DNA from: Bacteroidales bacterium
GTDB lineage: Bacteria; Bacteroidota; Bacteroidia; Bacteroidales; UBA3663
Length of the DNA: 64,000 bases
Assembly: GCA_045545875.1 (NCBI GenBank)
Contig: JAZQBS010000123.1
Span: forward strand, 3,112-67,111
Direction of reading: 5' to 3'
Shown: positions 1-9,961 of the stretch, piece after piece
Layout of the letters: the number at the start of each line of letters is the position of its first letter
Position numbering within the stretch: position 1 is the first letter of the stretch
Position numbers and translations under genes: made by a program
Notes under the pieces: model-generated
Seen by the model: the letters and a program-made list of their open reading frames with translations, nothing else
Databases searched by the model: none
What the model was told of the DNA's origin: nothing

Positions 1-1796
1 CCTTTGAGCCAGAGTTTGAACGTAGGAGCGAGTTGATAGTTAATGGTGGCATTGACCAGCGAGAATGTCTCCTTCTCCTCGTTTTCGCCCACAGCCTTGT
101 AAAGGCCGCAGACCTGTATCCATCCGGCAGCTACGCTCCATTTCCCCTGCTGGAAATTGGCGCCAAAGAAACCCTTGTAGCGAGGTGCTGCCACAATCGG
201 ATTCTCCATATCGAGATAGCTGTGATTGGTGTTGAGGCTCCAGTGTTCGTTGATACGCCAAGTGGCATCCATTTCGACACCCTTGTTCTCAAGCTCACCC
301 GTGTTTACATTCTGTCGCTGGATGGTCTGAATGATGTTGTCGGCCTTGATGTAGTAGAGGTTGAGGCCATAAATGAAGCTTCCGTCCATCACACGATGAC
401 GCCAGGCGAGCTCGTAGCTCATTAGACTCTCGGGCTCAAGGTCGGTGTTCGAAGGAGGATAAAGGTACATCTCACGCATCGTGGGATTACGGAATCCCTT
501 GCCCACCATTGCCTTGAATTCACCCGTTTCGATGGGACGAATCACGATACCACCCTGTGGAATCCATTGACCACCCGTGATGGTGTGGTTGTCGTAGCGA
601 ATGCCGGCATCGATTGTGAGCCACGAAGCGATGTCCTGCTGCAAATCGACATAGATTCCGTATTCGTTGTTATGGACGTGGCCGCTCTGCTTGTTTTGTG
701 TCTCAAGTACTTCGCCTGTCTGACGACTGGTGTAATATGCACGTCCATAGATGTGCTGATAATCTACACCGAAAGTGAGGTTGCTGCCCTTCCAAAGGTT
801 GGCTCGCTGGTACCAGCTGACACCTGCCAATGCATCCTTTGAGCGGAAGAAACGTGACTGAGGGCTGCCTCCGTTGGCACTATAACCATCGTTGATCTTG
901 TGGCGACCGAAGTTGTCATAGACGCTGAGACGTCCGCTGGTGCGAGCATAATGATTCTCGATACCCAGGCTTGCCACGCCACGGGTGATCCACTGGTCAG
1001 CTTCAAGCATCTCGGCACCCACTGCACCGGGATAGGACGAATTGAAGTGAGTGACGTCGGCATCGGCATAGACGTTCCAATGTGAAGAGAGATCGTAATT
1101 GAGTTTCACGTATCCGCCATATTGTTCGAAGCCCATATTGGGACGATGATTGTCGCTCCGCGAGTATTGGGCAGCCACGGTGCTTGAGAATCGACCCGAA
1201 CGAACTTGATTGTAGGCATCGGCCTGCAGGGTGCCATAACTTCCCGCTCCCAAACGGATGCCAGAACGCACACCATCCTCATGCATGCCACGAGTGACGA
1301 TATTGATGACGCCGCCCATGGCATTCGAACCATAGAGCAAAGATGCAGGGCCACGAAGCACCTCGACACGCTCGGTCATCATAGTCTGATAACTGTCGGA
1401 GATGGAATGACCATAGATGCCCTGATATTGCGGATGTCCATCGACGAGCACCATCATTTGGCCAGCTCCCGACGAGATGCCTCGCAGCATCATACCGCCC
1501 GAACCACCCGTGCTGACGCCATAGCCCATCACACCACGACTGGTGACCATCAGGCCAGGCACCTGCTCCATCAAAGTGGGCAGAACATTGATGCGCTCGT
1601 GTTCGTTGAGTTTCTGTTCACCCACCACGCTGATGGTGATAGGAAGATGACGAATGTCGGCAGCACCACGCGTACCAGTCACCACAACATCGTCGATATT
1701 GCGGTCGTAAGCAATGCTGTCGGACGAAAGTGTTTCAGCGGCCATCACACTGGCCGCACTTAGAGAAAAGAGACAAAGAGTCAGTTTTTGTAACAT
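1..1796 (-). CDS. TonB-dependent receptor (3' end runs off the window)
   Basis: Absent from the ORF track; translated by hand from ATG at 1796: signal peptide MLQKLTLCLFSLSAASVMA, TonB-box-like IDDVVVTGTR, plug motif ERVEVLRGPASLLYGSNAMGGVINIVT. Confidence 0.9.
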   Translation of the reverse strand, partial: MLQKLTLCLFSLSAASVMAAETLSSDSIAYDRNIDDVVVTGTRGAADIRHLPITISVVGEQKLNEHERINVLPTLMEQVPGLMVTSRGVMGYGVSTGGSGGMMLRGISSGAGQMMVLVDGHPQYQGIYGHSISDSYQTMMTERVEVLRGPASLLYGSNAMGGVINIVTRGMHEDGVRSGIRLGAGSYGTLQADAYNQVRSGRFSSTVAAQYSRSDNHRPNMGFEQYGGYVKLNYDLSSHWNVYADADVTHFNSSYPGAVGAEMLEADQWITRGVASLGIENHYARTSGRLSVYDNFGRHKINDGYSANGGSPQSRFFRSKDALAGVSWYQRANLWKGSNLTFGVDYQHIYGRAYYTSRQTGEVLETQNKQSGHVHNNEYGIYVDLQQDIASWLTIDAGIRYDNHTITGGQWIPQGGIVIRPIETGEFKAMVGKGFRNPTMREMYLYPPSNTDLEPESLMSYELAWRHRVMDGSFIYGLNLYYIKADNIIQTIQRQNVNTGELENKGVEMDATWRINEHWSLNTNHSYLDMENPIVAAPRYKGFFGANFQQGKWSVAAGWIQVCGLYKAVGENEEKETFSLVNATINYQLAPTFKLWLK

Positions 1797-1848
1797 TTTA
1801 AAAGTAACCTTGATGATTTATAAAACGATATTCTTCAATTTTACGCCG

Positions 1849-1856
1849 CAAAGATA
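1849..1856 (-). promoter_or_regulatory. Bacteroidetes -7 promoter box (TATCTTTG) for the TonB-dependent receptor
   Basis: Matches TAnnTTTG about 50 bp upstream of the ATG. Confidence 0.6.
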
Positions 1857-1932
1857 CGAAAATTATTAATAAAATCGCTGATATTTATTACTGATATATT
1901 TACCAATTTCTCTTTTTTAAGCATTTTTATAG

Positions 1933-1971
1933 AAAAAAAAAAGCGAAAAGCGGGAATGATTCCCGCTTTTC
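1933..1971 (-). terminator. Intrinsic terminator of the efflux operon
   Basis: GAAAAGCGGGA/TCCCGCTTTTC stem followed by a long U-run on the minus strand, right at the MFS stop. Confidence 0.85.
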
Positions 1972-3568
1972 ACCTTGTTTGAGCCACCTTACGACGCACA
2001 ATTGGAGCAAAGAAACGACGACCCACATTGTGCCAGTTTTCGATTCGATAGATTCGATAGCGGCGTGCCGGTGTATCGTAGATGAGATACAGGAGAATGA
2101 GAATAATGCCTGCATAGACGGCATATCCATAAATCTCGCGTACGCCGACCATAAGCATATCAGCGGAGAAATGCTCCATAAACTCGCCCAAATTGAATGG
2201 ACTGCGCGAAAACGCCACCTCGTTGAGCGAAGGAGTATAACGTGCAAAGGAATCACCGACTGCCAAACTGAAAAGCCGGCTATATATGGCACTGCCGATG
2301 GCTCCGCCGCCCATCATGTGAATCATATTGAAACACGAAAGGCTCTGGAAGAATGTATGGAAATCGACCGAGAAGTTGAGCTGCGTCATCAGCATGATGC
2401 TCATCAAAGTGGCTGCCATTGCACGACAGAAGACGGGCAGATAAAGAGCCTGCAGATTGAGCCCTGGATCAATGAGGAAATACATCAGCATAAGATAAGC
2501 CGTGCCGAAACCGGCAGCAACTGCTCCCAGACGGATGAATCCCCAACGACGCACCTTCATCCACCAGTACGCCACTCCACAGGCGACCACCGATGCCAAG
2601 AAAGCCACCAGATGACGTGAAGATCCCGTATAGTCGGTGTAGCCCAGGCCTTCCTCAAGGAATATTTCCTCAAGCACACGTTCGGCAGCCATCAATACTT
2701 CAAAGAGCGTGATGAGCACCAGGATACCCTTCACATTGTGGAAGTGAAAAGCCTTTCGCGAAATATAGGCATGTGGCTTGATGTGTGTGCCATGGATAAT
2801 AAGGGCAAGAGTGAGACAGATGGTGCCGACAAGGGTGTAAGTGACAGGACTGTCGAACCAGTTCATCCAATCGCCATAATCCATCAAGTAGCAAACTTGG
2901 AAGCAAAGGGCATTCCAAAGTGCATAACCCGCCCAATCGATGCCCCAAAGAGGGGTCTTTGGGAAGATGCGGACCCTATGTGTACATGTGACAAGGATGA
3001 GCAGTACAACCAGCATCAGACCTACGATAAACCAATGAGTGAGACGCCAATCGTCCCATTCGAAGGCGAAATTAACAGCAATCCAACTCGACAGATTCAT
3101 CGAACCCATGATGAAAAGATGCAATATGGGGAAGAAGACACGGAAGTCGCGCTTAGGCGTAAACCATAGCTGGATGTTCGAGATGCATTCGAAGGTACCC
3201 TGAAATTTACAAATACCCTCAATGAAACAAAGTGCCCATAGCAAGGGACGGAAAGTCACATAAGGGATGAACAGATTAGTCAGTAGCACACCAATGGCCG
3301 CAGCCATGAGCAACGACTTGTTGGTGAAGCGGAACTTCATACGGAAGAGCAGCGGGAAATAGGTTGCCATGCCCGTCAGGTTGCAATAAAGAGCCATCAA
3401 CAGGTCCTCACGCATCAACTGCTCCTCGCCTACCATATAACCCAGTGCACCCAAATAACGACCTCCACTGAGCTGAAAACAGGCAGCAATGAAGACGTAA
3501 ATCCAAGGTTGGAAACGGGCAGGCACGAATCCCTTGAACGATGGGATAACAAAAGGTTTCTTCATCAA
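1970..3568 (-). CDS. MFS-type (EmrB/DHA2-like) efflux inner-membrane protein
   Basis: 532 aa, many hydrophobic helices, overlaps and follows the HlyD/EmrA gene. Confidence 0.8.
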   Translation of the reverse strand: MMKKPFVIPSFKGFVPARFQPWIYVFIAACFQLSGGRYLGALGYMVGEEQLMREDLLMALYCNLTGMATYFPLLFRMKFRFTNKSLLMAAAIGVLLTNLFIPYVTFRPLLWALCFIEGICKFQGTFECISNIQLWFTPKRDFRVFFPILHLFIMGSMNLSSWIAVNFAFEWDDWRLTHWFIVGLMLVVLLILVTCTHRVRIFPKTPLWGIDWAGYALWNALCFQVCYLMDYGDWMNWFDSPVTYTLVGTICLTLALIIHGTHIKPHAYISRKAFHFHNVKGILVLITLFEVLMAAERVLEEIFLEEGLGYTDYTGSSRHLVAFLASVVACGVAYWWMKVRRWGFIRLGAVAAGFGTAYLMLMYFLIDPGLNLQALYLPVFCRAMAATLMSIMLMTQLNFSVDFHTFFQSLSCFNMIHMMGGGAIGSAIYSRLFSLAVGDSFARYTPSLNEVAFSRSPFNLGEFMEHFSADMLMVGVREIYGYAVYAGIILILLYLIYDTPARRYRIYRIENWHNVGRRFFAPIVRRKVAQTR

Positions 3569-4596
3569 TATTTCACCTCCACTTCGAGATTATAACCAGC
3601 CTTAAGAAGCTCCAACGTTTCTGCAGAGTTGCCCTTGAGGCTGATACGGACGGGTATGCGCTGCTCTATCTTGACAAAATTGCCTGTAGCATTGTCGGTG
3701 GGAATCATTGAGAAGGCTGAACCTGTGGCATCGGAGATGCTTTCCACAACGCCTGAATATTCAACGCCAGGTACGGCATCGGCCGTAAGCGTTACAGGAA
3801 ATCCGACCTGGACATGTTTCATCTGTGTCTCGCGGAAGTTGGCGATGACCCAGAGATCTTCCTTGTCAACAATCTCGACCATCGTCTGTCCGGGATTGAC
3901 GAGTTGTCCCACATGAATATCCTTGGCACCCAGCACGCCATCAGCCGTAGCCACGATGACGGTGTAGGAAAGGTTGAGTCGCGCCATATCGAGCTGCGCT
4001 TCGGCGACACGGATGGCAGCCTCAGACTGGGTGAGACGATGTCCCTGCTCGTCACGAACGAGCGAAGTTGTGTTTTTGGCACTCGTCACCTGCTCGTATT
4101 TTGCCTTGATGGCTTCGTAGGCAGTCTTGACGTTGTCGTACTGCTGACGTGTCACAGCATCCTCCTTGAGCAATTGGTCAAAGCGATCGAGTTCGCGCTT
4201 GGCACGTTCCATTTGCACGCGAACCTCGGTAATGGTTGCATCGTTGATTCGAAGATTATTGCTGGTAGTGCGAATTCCCGTTGCAGTGGCCTTGCTGCCA
4301 GCCATGGCATTGGCAAGACCTGCTTCGGCTTGAGCCAAGGCCAATTGGAACTCGGCATCCTCGATGATAACGAGAGTATCGCCTTTCCTTACTTTCTGGT
4401 ATTCCTCGAAACGGATTTCCTTGATGAAGCCTGGAACACGGGTGTTGACGGGCGTGATGTGCTGACGCACAGTGGCATTGTCGGTCCATTCAACATTGCC
4501 TAGATGAACAAAGCGGCCGACGACATAACAAAGACCAATTATGATAAGACCTGCTACGACGATATCGTAGGCTAGGCGTCTTGGATTGAGTTTCAT
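3565..4596 (-). CDS. HlyD/EmrA family membrane-fusion protein
   Basis: N-terminal TM, lipoyl half-motifs, coiled coil, EmrA signature TGSAFSMIPTDNATGNFVKIEQRIPVRI. Confidence 0.93.
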   Translation of the reverse strand: MKLNPRRLAYDIVVAGLIIIGLCYVVGRFVHLGNVEWTDNATVRQHITPVNTRVPGFIKEIRFEEYQKVRKGDTLVIIEDAEFQLALAQAEAGLANAMAGSKATATGIRTTSNNLRINDATITEVRVQMERAKRELDRFDQLLKEDAVTRQQYDNVKTAYEAIKAKYEQVTSAKNTTSLVRDEQGHRLTQSEAAIRVAEAQLDMARLNLSYTVIVATADGVLGAKDIHVGQLVNPGQTMVEIVDKEDLWVIANFRETQMKHVQVGFPVTLTADAVPGVEYSGVVESISDATGSAFSMIPTDNATGNFVKIEQRIPVRISLKGNSAETLELLKAGYNLEVEVKY

Positions 4597-4601
4597 ATTT
4601 T

Positions 4602-5978
4602 TTATAAAGTGTGACTAATATACTTCAGTTTATAATAATTGTAAAGGAGATTGATGCGAGCATTGACAAGAGAGAGGTCGGCACTAAGCTTCACACTTGA
4701 AGCATCGAGCATGTCGGTAAGCAATGCCAGATCATTCTTGTAACGATTCAGCGTGACGGCATAGTTCTGGTCGGCAAGTTCTACACTTTTCTCTTGGGTT
4801 CGGACTTCGGTAAATGCAGTCACGAAACCCACATAGTTGGCCTGCACACCATTCTTGACACCTTCACGAGCCAAGGCAAATGACTCCTCGGCCTTGCGAA
4901 CGTCAAGACGTGCCTTACGGACATTACGATTGTTTTTCCAAAGGCTCGACAACTCGTACTGCACGCCGAGTCCTACAAACCAGGCGTTGGCATTTGCATC
5001 CACGGGGATAAGGTCATTGGTATAAGGACCACTCAAATGGTCCTCGGCAACGAGCGCGAGATGAGGGAGATAGGAAGACTTGGCGAGTTTGAGCTTCTGC
5101 TCGGCAAGTTCGGTTGCAAGACTTGCCTGCTTGAGTCCTACGTTGCTTTGGGCTGCCAGTTCCTGCCAGGTGACTTGCGACTCCTCGCTATTGGGCAAAA
5201 AGTTTGTGAGCAAAGTGGTATCGGGCATAATGACTGTAGTCTCGGGCAGGTGAAGCGTGGTAACCAACTGATGATTAAGGATGCTGGCAGCATCACAAAG
5301 CTGGGTCTTGTTGAGTTCAAGGGTCTGTAACTGCAATTCGTAGCGCGTGACAGCAGTCTTGAGAACAGTTCCCTGTTCCACGCGTGCTTCCATATTCTTG
5401 AGCAATTCGCGGGTGAGTTCGATGTTTTTATCGAGCACCTTGATCTGATTGTCCAATTTGTAGAGATTGAGATAGTAGCCAGTAAGCAGGAATCGCATTT
5501 CCTGCCGATTCTTCTGCACATCGAGCATTGCCATCTGTTCGCCCAGTTCTGCCATACGAATGCCCGCGCTGATGGCTCCACCTGCATAGAGAACCTGCGA
5601 TGCCTCGAAAGCGAAATTATTGCCCCAATGAGGAGTATCCTGCTTGCCCAAAGAGGCAAGTCCCGTATAAGGAGCGATGGCATAATGGATTTTGGTGGTT
5701 CCCTGGGTCGAAAAACTACGATCCATCAGAGTAACATTGCCAATATATGAGCCGCTCAGACTCAGATTTACATCAGGCAGCTTAGCATTGCGCGCAGCCT
5801 TGACCGATTCAGCCGCGCTCTCGCGACCGGTTTCGTAAACTTTGATGCTCTGACTGTTCTCATCTGCCAAACGATACAACTCATCCAAGCTCATGACCCG
5901 CTGCTGGGCATGAGCTACTGATGCTGACACTATAACAAAAAGGGATACAGTCAAAAGCCGTAAGATTTCTTTTCTCAT
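4602..5978 (-). CDS. TolC family outer-membrane efflux protein
   Basis: Signal peptide from MRKEILRLL (start moved to 5978), OEP repeats (KLPDVNLS, SYLPHLAL), first gene of a tripartite operon. Confidence 0.9.
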   Translation of the reverse strand: MRKEILRLLTVSLFVIVSASVAHAQQRVMSLDELYRLADENSQSIKVYETGRESAAESVKAARNAKLPDVNLSLSGSYIGNVTLMDRSFSTQGTTKIHYAIAPYTGLASLGKQDTPHWGNNFAFEASQVLYAGGAISAGIRMAELGEQMAMLDVQKNRQEMRFLLTGYYLNLYKLDNQIKVLDKNIELTRELLKNMEARVEQGTVLKTAVTRYELQLQTLELNKTQLCDAASILNHQLVTTLHLPETTVIMPDTTLLTNFLPNSEESQVTWQELAAQSNVGLKQASLATELAEQKLKLAKSSYLPHLALVAEDHLSGPYTNDLIPVDANANAWFVGLGVQYELSSLWKNNRNVRKARLDVRKAEESFALAREGVKNGVQANYVGFVTAFTEVRTQEKSVELADQNYAVTLNRYKNDLALLTDMLDASSVKLSADLSLVNARINLLYNYYKLKYISHTL

Positions 5979-6090
5979 TTTTATTTTGTTTTGATTCGAA
6001 AAATTGTCCAAATGACAATTTCATACTTCTCTATAGCTACTGGTTTCTCTCATGAGCCGAAGAGCCTTCTTACAAAGCATTTTGACATAG

Positions 6091-6098
6091 CAAAGATA
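6091..6098 (-). promoter_or_regulatory. -7 promoter box for the efflux operon
   Basis: TATCTTTG on the minus strand upstream of the TolC gene. Confidence 0.6.
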
Positions 6099-6200
6099 CG
6101 CATTTTTTCTGAGACTATGCAATTGATTGCATTCTTTTCGCGTATTTTTCTTGTATTATCCGACAACGTTGCTTTTCATAAATGACAAAAAAAGACAGAC

Positions 6201-6244
6201 AAAAAATGGATTCATCCTTGCTGAACCGCATGGATGAATCCATT
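6201..6244 (-). terminator. Intrinsic terminator after the GH137 gene
   Basis: AATGGATTCATCC/GGATGAATCCATT 13-bp inverted repeat with U-run on the minus strand. Confidence 0.8.
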
Positions 6245-6280
6245 CATATTTTGCAGAAAACAGACTCTGATGAAAGCGTG

Positions 6281-7543
6281 TTATTTCTTCTTGACAGGTG
6301 GCTCGGGGAAGTGAACCTCCGACTCGCCCATGTCTTCGCTGGTGGCCACGGCGATGCCGCGCTGCTGGGGCTGATTGACGGCGCAGTAGAAATGATAGAC
6401 CACACCATCGTGCTTTACGACGAAGCTCTTGTGGGCGAAGAAGCTGTCGAACTCCTCGCTAGGCTTGATGAGATCGGGACCTTCCCAGTCGTACCAGTGC
6501 ACAAGATCCTTCGAACAGGCGAAGGTGTTGTATGCCTTGTATTCGCGGGTAGGATTGAAGGCGCTGAAATAGAACATTGTGTAGAGACGCTGCGCACCCT
6601 GACGCTCGACATACGAAGGGTTATCGAGCACCACGCCATCCTTGATATACATCTTCTGAATCTGTGCATCGCCTGTGATGATGCCCTGACTCTCGTGGGT
6701 GAAGACGGGATTGCCGGGATAACGTTTCCAAAGACGCATATCGTTGCTGGTGGCTATGCCGATGCGTTCACCCTTGTAGTTGGTCTCGGGATTAATGCCG
6801 CCTGCATTGTAGAACATCACGAAATTGGTGCCCAGGCTCTTGTCCTCGTCGAGATAGACCATCGACTTGTACTGAATGAGCTGCTCGAACCACTGGCTGT
6901 CGGCGTCGCGCTCGGAAATGATGGGTCGATTCAGCGTTTCCCATTCATGGGCGGTGGTAATGTCGCCTTCGGTCCATGCCAATCCGATGTGAAGCGGTCC
7001 GCGAATGCCCTCATAGCCCGTGCCAGCACCGCCAAGGTAGGTCATCCAATGACGTCGATTGTATTCCTGAAGGCGATATGTGCCTGCCCAGTTCCAATCG
7101 AGCAGCGACGGGAAACCGCCTCGCTGATTGGCATCCCAACGCAAACTGTCGATATATGGATCGGGATTGACATCGGTGGCTTCGTGATTGAGGTCCTCGC
7201 CAATGAAGCTGAGCACACGGCCCAAGGTCTCCCAATGCAACAGGTCGGGACTTTCGGCCAACCACGTCTCGTAGCCACGTCCATCCTTGCCGCCCTGTCC
7301 GTCATAGACAACATAGGTCATATACCACTTGTCGCCCTCACGATAGACGGTAGGGCAATCGATCTTGTGCTTATTGTCGGTGGGCGCAATGACCAAGCCA
7401 TACTTGAATGGTGTCAGACTGGCCTGGAAGACGGGCAGCATCTCCTCTTGCGTAACTACGTAAGAAGGATTGGTGGCAGACTGGCTCCATGCTGTGGCGA
7501 TGGAGGCCGAAAGGATAGATAGTGTCAGGAGAATATTTCTCAT
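6281..7543 (-). CDS. Five-bladed propeller glycoside hydrolase, GH137-like beta-L-arabinofuranosidase
   Basis: Signal peptide from MRNILL; motifs TPFKYGLVIAPTDNKHKIDCPTV, DGRGYETWLAES, WDANQRGGFP, KGERIGIA, AHKSFVVKHDGVVYHFYCAVN resemble the recalled N-terminal GH137 domain of B. thetaiotaomicron BT0996. Confidence 0.78.
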   Translation of the reverse strand: MRNILLTLSILSASIATAWSQSATNPSYVVTQEEMLPVFQASLTPFKYGLVIAPTDNKHKIDCPTVYREGDKWYMTYVVYDGQGGKDGRGYETWLAESPDLLHWETLGRVLSFIGEDLNHEATDVNPDPYIDSLRWDANQRGGFPSLLDWNWAGTYRLQEYNRRHWMTYLGGAGTGYEGIRGPLHIGLAWTEGDITTAHEWETLNRPIISERDADSQWFEQLIQYKSMVYLDEDKSLGTNFVMFYNAGGINPETNYKGERIGIATSNDMRLWKRYPGNPVFTHESQGIITGDAQIQKMYIKDGVVLDNPSYVERQGAQRLYTMFYFSAFNPTREYKAYNTFACSKDLVHWYDWEGPDLIKPSEEFDSFFAHKSFVVKHDGVVYHFYCAVNQPQQRGIAVATSEDMGESEVHFPEPPVKKK

Positions 7544-7624
7544 TAATTCAATTAACAATTAATAATTAACAATTAATAATTAACAAATAACAATTAACCA
7601 TGAACCATAAACCACGAACCATGG
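7544..7624. repeat. 7-bp micro-repeat tract (TTAATTG/TTAATTA on minus strand) followed by AACCATG-like heptamers
   Basis: Read directly from the sequence between the yigZ stop and the GH137 start. Confidence 0.85.
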
Positions 7625-7628
7625 ATGG

Positions 7629-8228
7629 CTATACTTCTAAAATCGTGGCACCATAGAGGTCCTCGAAACGCTGGCGCATATGGGGCATCTGTCCTCGACG
7701 AAGGCTGAGGTGCAGACGGCAAGAGAGTTGGAAATCCTGAGCGAGGACCGTCGCCCCCTCCTCCTTGACGATGCGCATCACATCGCCCATCAGCGGATAT
7801 TCGAAAGCAACCTGCAATTCTTCTTCGATAAGACGCTCCTCGATTTGTGCCACGGAAAGCGCTTCCTGGGCAGCTGTGCGATAAGCCTCGATGAGTCCGG
7901 ACGTGCCAAGCTTGATGCCTCCGAAATAACGCACGACGATGACCACCAGATTGGTAAGCTCGAACGAATTGATCTGACCGAGTATCGGTTTGCCCGCTGT
8001 TCCCGAAGGTTCTCCATCATCGTTCGATCGGAATTCCTTACGCTCGGGCCCAATCATATAGGCCCAACAGCAATGGCGCGCATCGCAGTACTCGTTGCGA
8101 TAGAGCTTCACGATATCGAGCGCTTCCTGTGCAGAGCTGCATGGCACGGCGAAGCTGAGGAACTTGCTCATCTTCTCCTTATACAGCCCTTCGCTGGTCT
8201 GCGTTATGGTCTTATAGGTATCGTCCAT
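7629..8228 (-). CDS. yigZ: YigZ/IMPACT family protein
   Basis: KEKMSKF, ARHCCWAY, DDGEPSGTAGKPIL, VVRYFGGIKLGTSGLIEAY; start moved to MDDTYK at 8228. Confidence 0.93.
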   Translation of the reverse strand: MDDTYKTITQTSEGLYKEKMSKFLSFAVPCSSAQEALDIVKLYRNEYCDARHCCWAYMIGPERKEFRSNDDGEPSGTAGKPILGQINSFELTNLVVIVVRYFGGIKLGTSGLIEAYRTAAQEALSVAQIEERLIEEELQVAFEYPLMGDVMRIVKEEGATVLAQDFQLSCRLHLSLRRGQMPHMRQRFEDLYGATILEV

Positions 8229-9009
8229 CGCGTCCCCACATGAGTTTGTTGCGCAACGTGTCGAAGAACGTACGATCGGGTCGGCGCACCACACCCAACG
8301 TGTGTTCAGCCTTGACGAGCGTCAGACGCGACTGAGTAGTGAGGTGCACTGTCTGTCCATCGACGGAAACGAGGTAGATGTTATTGCGCGAATGGACCTC
8401 AATGTCGATGGTGCAGCTGTCGCGGATGACGAGCGGACGCGTGGTCAACGAATGAGGCGCAATCGGCACAATGACCCAGCACTGCGACAATGGTTCGAGG
8501 ATGGGTCCACCGGCACTCATCGAATATGCCGTCGAACCCGTTGGTGTGGCGATGACAAGCCCATCAGCATCGTACTGGTTGAGGAAGGTGCCATCGATCC
8601 ACACCGAAACGGAAACCATCGACGACTGGTCACGTTTCAGGATGGAAATCTCGTTGAGTGCATACTTCTGATACTTCTGGATACAATTGTGAATATCCAA
8701 TTGCAGAAGCCTACGATGCTGTATCGTATATTTTTCCTCCACAAGCACTTCCCGCAACGCATCCTGCAGTTCATCGAGCGGTACGTCGGCCAGGAAGCCA
8801 AGATGTCCGGCATTGATGCCAAGGATAGGAATGTTCAGTTCGCCAACGCGGGCAGCAGTGCGCAGGAACGTGCCATCGCCTCCTACACTGAGCGCCATAT
8901 CGGACTCCTCAGGTTCAACGATTTCGACATCCGACAACTGACCTATCAGCTGCCGCACCTGTTCCACCACCTCGGGGCGCGTATTATTTCCGAATAAACA
9001 GACTTTCAA
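8212..9009 (-). CDS. nadK: NAD kinase
   Basis: GGDGTFL, GINAGHLGFL, ALNE, DGLVIATPTGSTAYSMSAGGPI; TTG start. Confidence 0.96.
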   Translation of the reverse strand: MKVCLFGNNTRPEVVEQVRQLIGQLSDVEIVEPEESDMALSVGGDGTFLRTAARVGELNIPILGINAGHLGFLADVPLDELQDALREVLVEEKYTIQHRRLLQLDIHNCIQKYQKYALNEISILKRDQSSMVSVSVWIDGTFLNQYDADGLVIATPTGSTAYSMSAGGPILEPLSQCWVIVPIAPHSLTTRPLVIRDSCTIDIEVHSRNNIYLVSVDGQTVHLTTQSRLTLVKAEHTLGVVRRPDRTFFDTLRNKLMWGRDGRYL

Positions 9010-9040
9010 TTAACAATTAACAATTAATGATTAACAATTG
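9007..9040. repeat. 7-bp TTAATTG micro-repeat tract
   Basis: caattaacaattaacaattaatgattaacaattg fills the whole intergenic gap. Confidence 0.85.
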
Positions 9041-9904
9041 CTAGATGCGCTCGAGCACCTTGATGATGAGGTTTGGCATAGTCACCTTGTAATCAACGTT
9101 GGCGGCGTGAGCCACACGATTGGCGACAACATGGCAAACGGTGACGGCCTTGTGGCCAAGCATACGTGCAAAGCCGGCAAGGGCAGCCGACTCCATCTCG
9201 TAGTTGGTGATGCGATAGCCCTTGTAGTCAAACTCCTCGATGCGCTTGTTGATGAGCGGAGAAGCAATCGGAAGACGCAGTATGCGTCCCTGTGGGCCAT
9301 AGAATCCGACTGCCGAAATGGTGACACCAGCTACCATATCATCGCCGGCGATGCGGGCAGCGAGATCCTCATCGGCATGTACCACATAGGGATCGGCAGC
9401 TTTCTTCGGATAACCGATGAACGAGGTGAGCTCACGCTCGAAGTCGAGATCAGCCACATTGTCGCGATCGGCATACCAGTTGAGGACACCATCGAAGCCG
9501 ATACTGATGTTCGAAACGATGTTGGTGCCACAGGGCAGATAAGGCTGCAAGCCTCCACAAGTGCCGATACGCACCAGTTCGAGCGTATGATGCTCAGGAC
9601 GAATCTCACGGGTCTCGAAGTCGATGTTCTTGAGGGCATCGAGCTCGTTCATCACAATATCAATATTGTCGGGGCCAATGCCATGGCTTATGGCCGTGAT
9701 GCGCTTGCCCTTATAGGTACCTGTAATGGTATGGAATTCGCGGGAAGAGATTTCGCACTCCCTGCTGTCGAAGTAGGAGGCAATCAGGTCAACACGTCCT
9801 GGGTCACCACACATGATGACCTTGTCGGCCAACTGGTCGGGACGAACATGCAGGTGGAAACAGCTGCCATCCGCATTGATTATTAGTTCACTGGTTTCAA
9901 TCAT
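9041..9904 (-). CDS. Nucleoside (uridine) phosphorylase, PNP_UDP_1 family
   Basis: CGDPGRV, SHGIGPDNIDIV, RIGTCGGLQ, GFYGPQGR, NYEMESA. Confidence 0.92.
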   Translation of the reverse strand: MIETSELIINADGSCFHLHVRPDQLADKVIMCGDPGRVDLIASYFDSRECEISSREFHTITGTYKGKRITAISHGIGPDNIDIVMNELDALKNIDFETREIRPEHHTLELVRIGTCGGLQPYLPCGTNIVSNISIGFDGVLNWYADRDNVADLDFERELTSFIGYPKKAADPYVVHADEDLAARIAGDDMVAGVTISAVGFYGPQGRILRLPIASPLINKRIEEFDYKGYRITNYEMESAALAGFARMLGHKAVTVCHVVANRVAHAANVDYKVTMPNLIIKVLERI

Positions 9905-9961
9905 AATTTTAAGGATAGTTAAAAAGGTATTAATAGTTTTTTAAGGATAGAAATCAAGACA

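Noticed and set aside
33..1763. Short plus-strand ORFs at the window start
   Set aside because: Shadows of the minus-strand TonB-dependent receptor that the ORF track missed because it runs off the edge.
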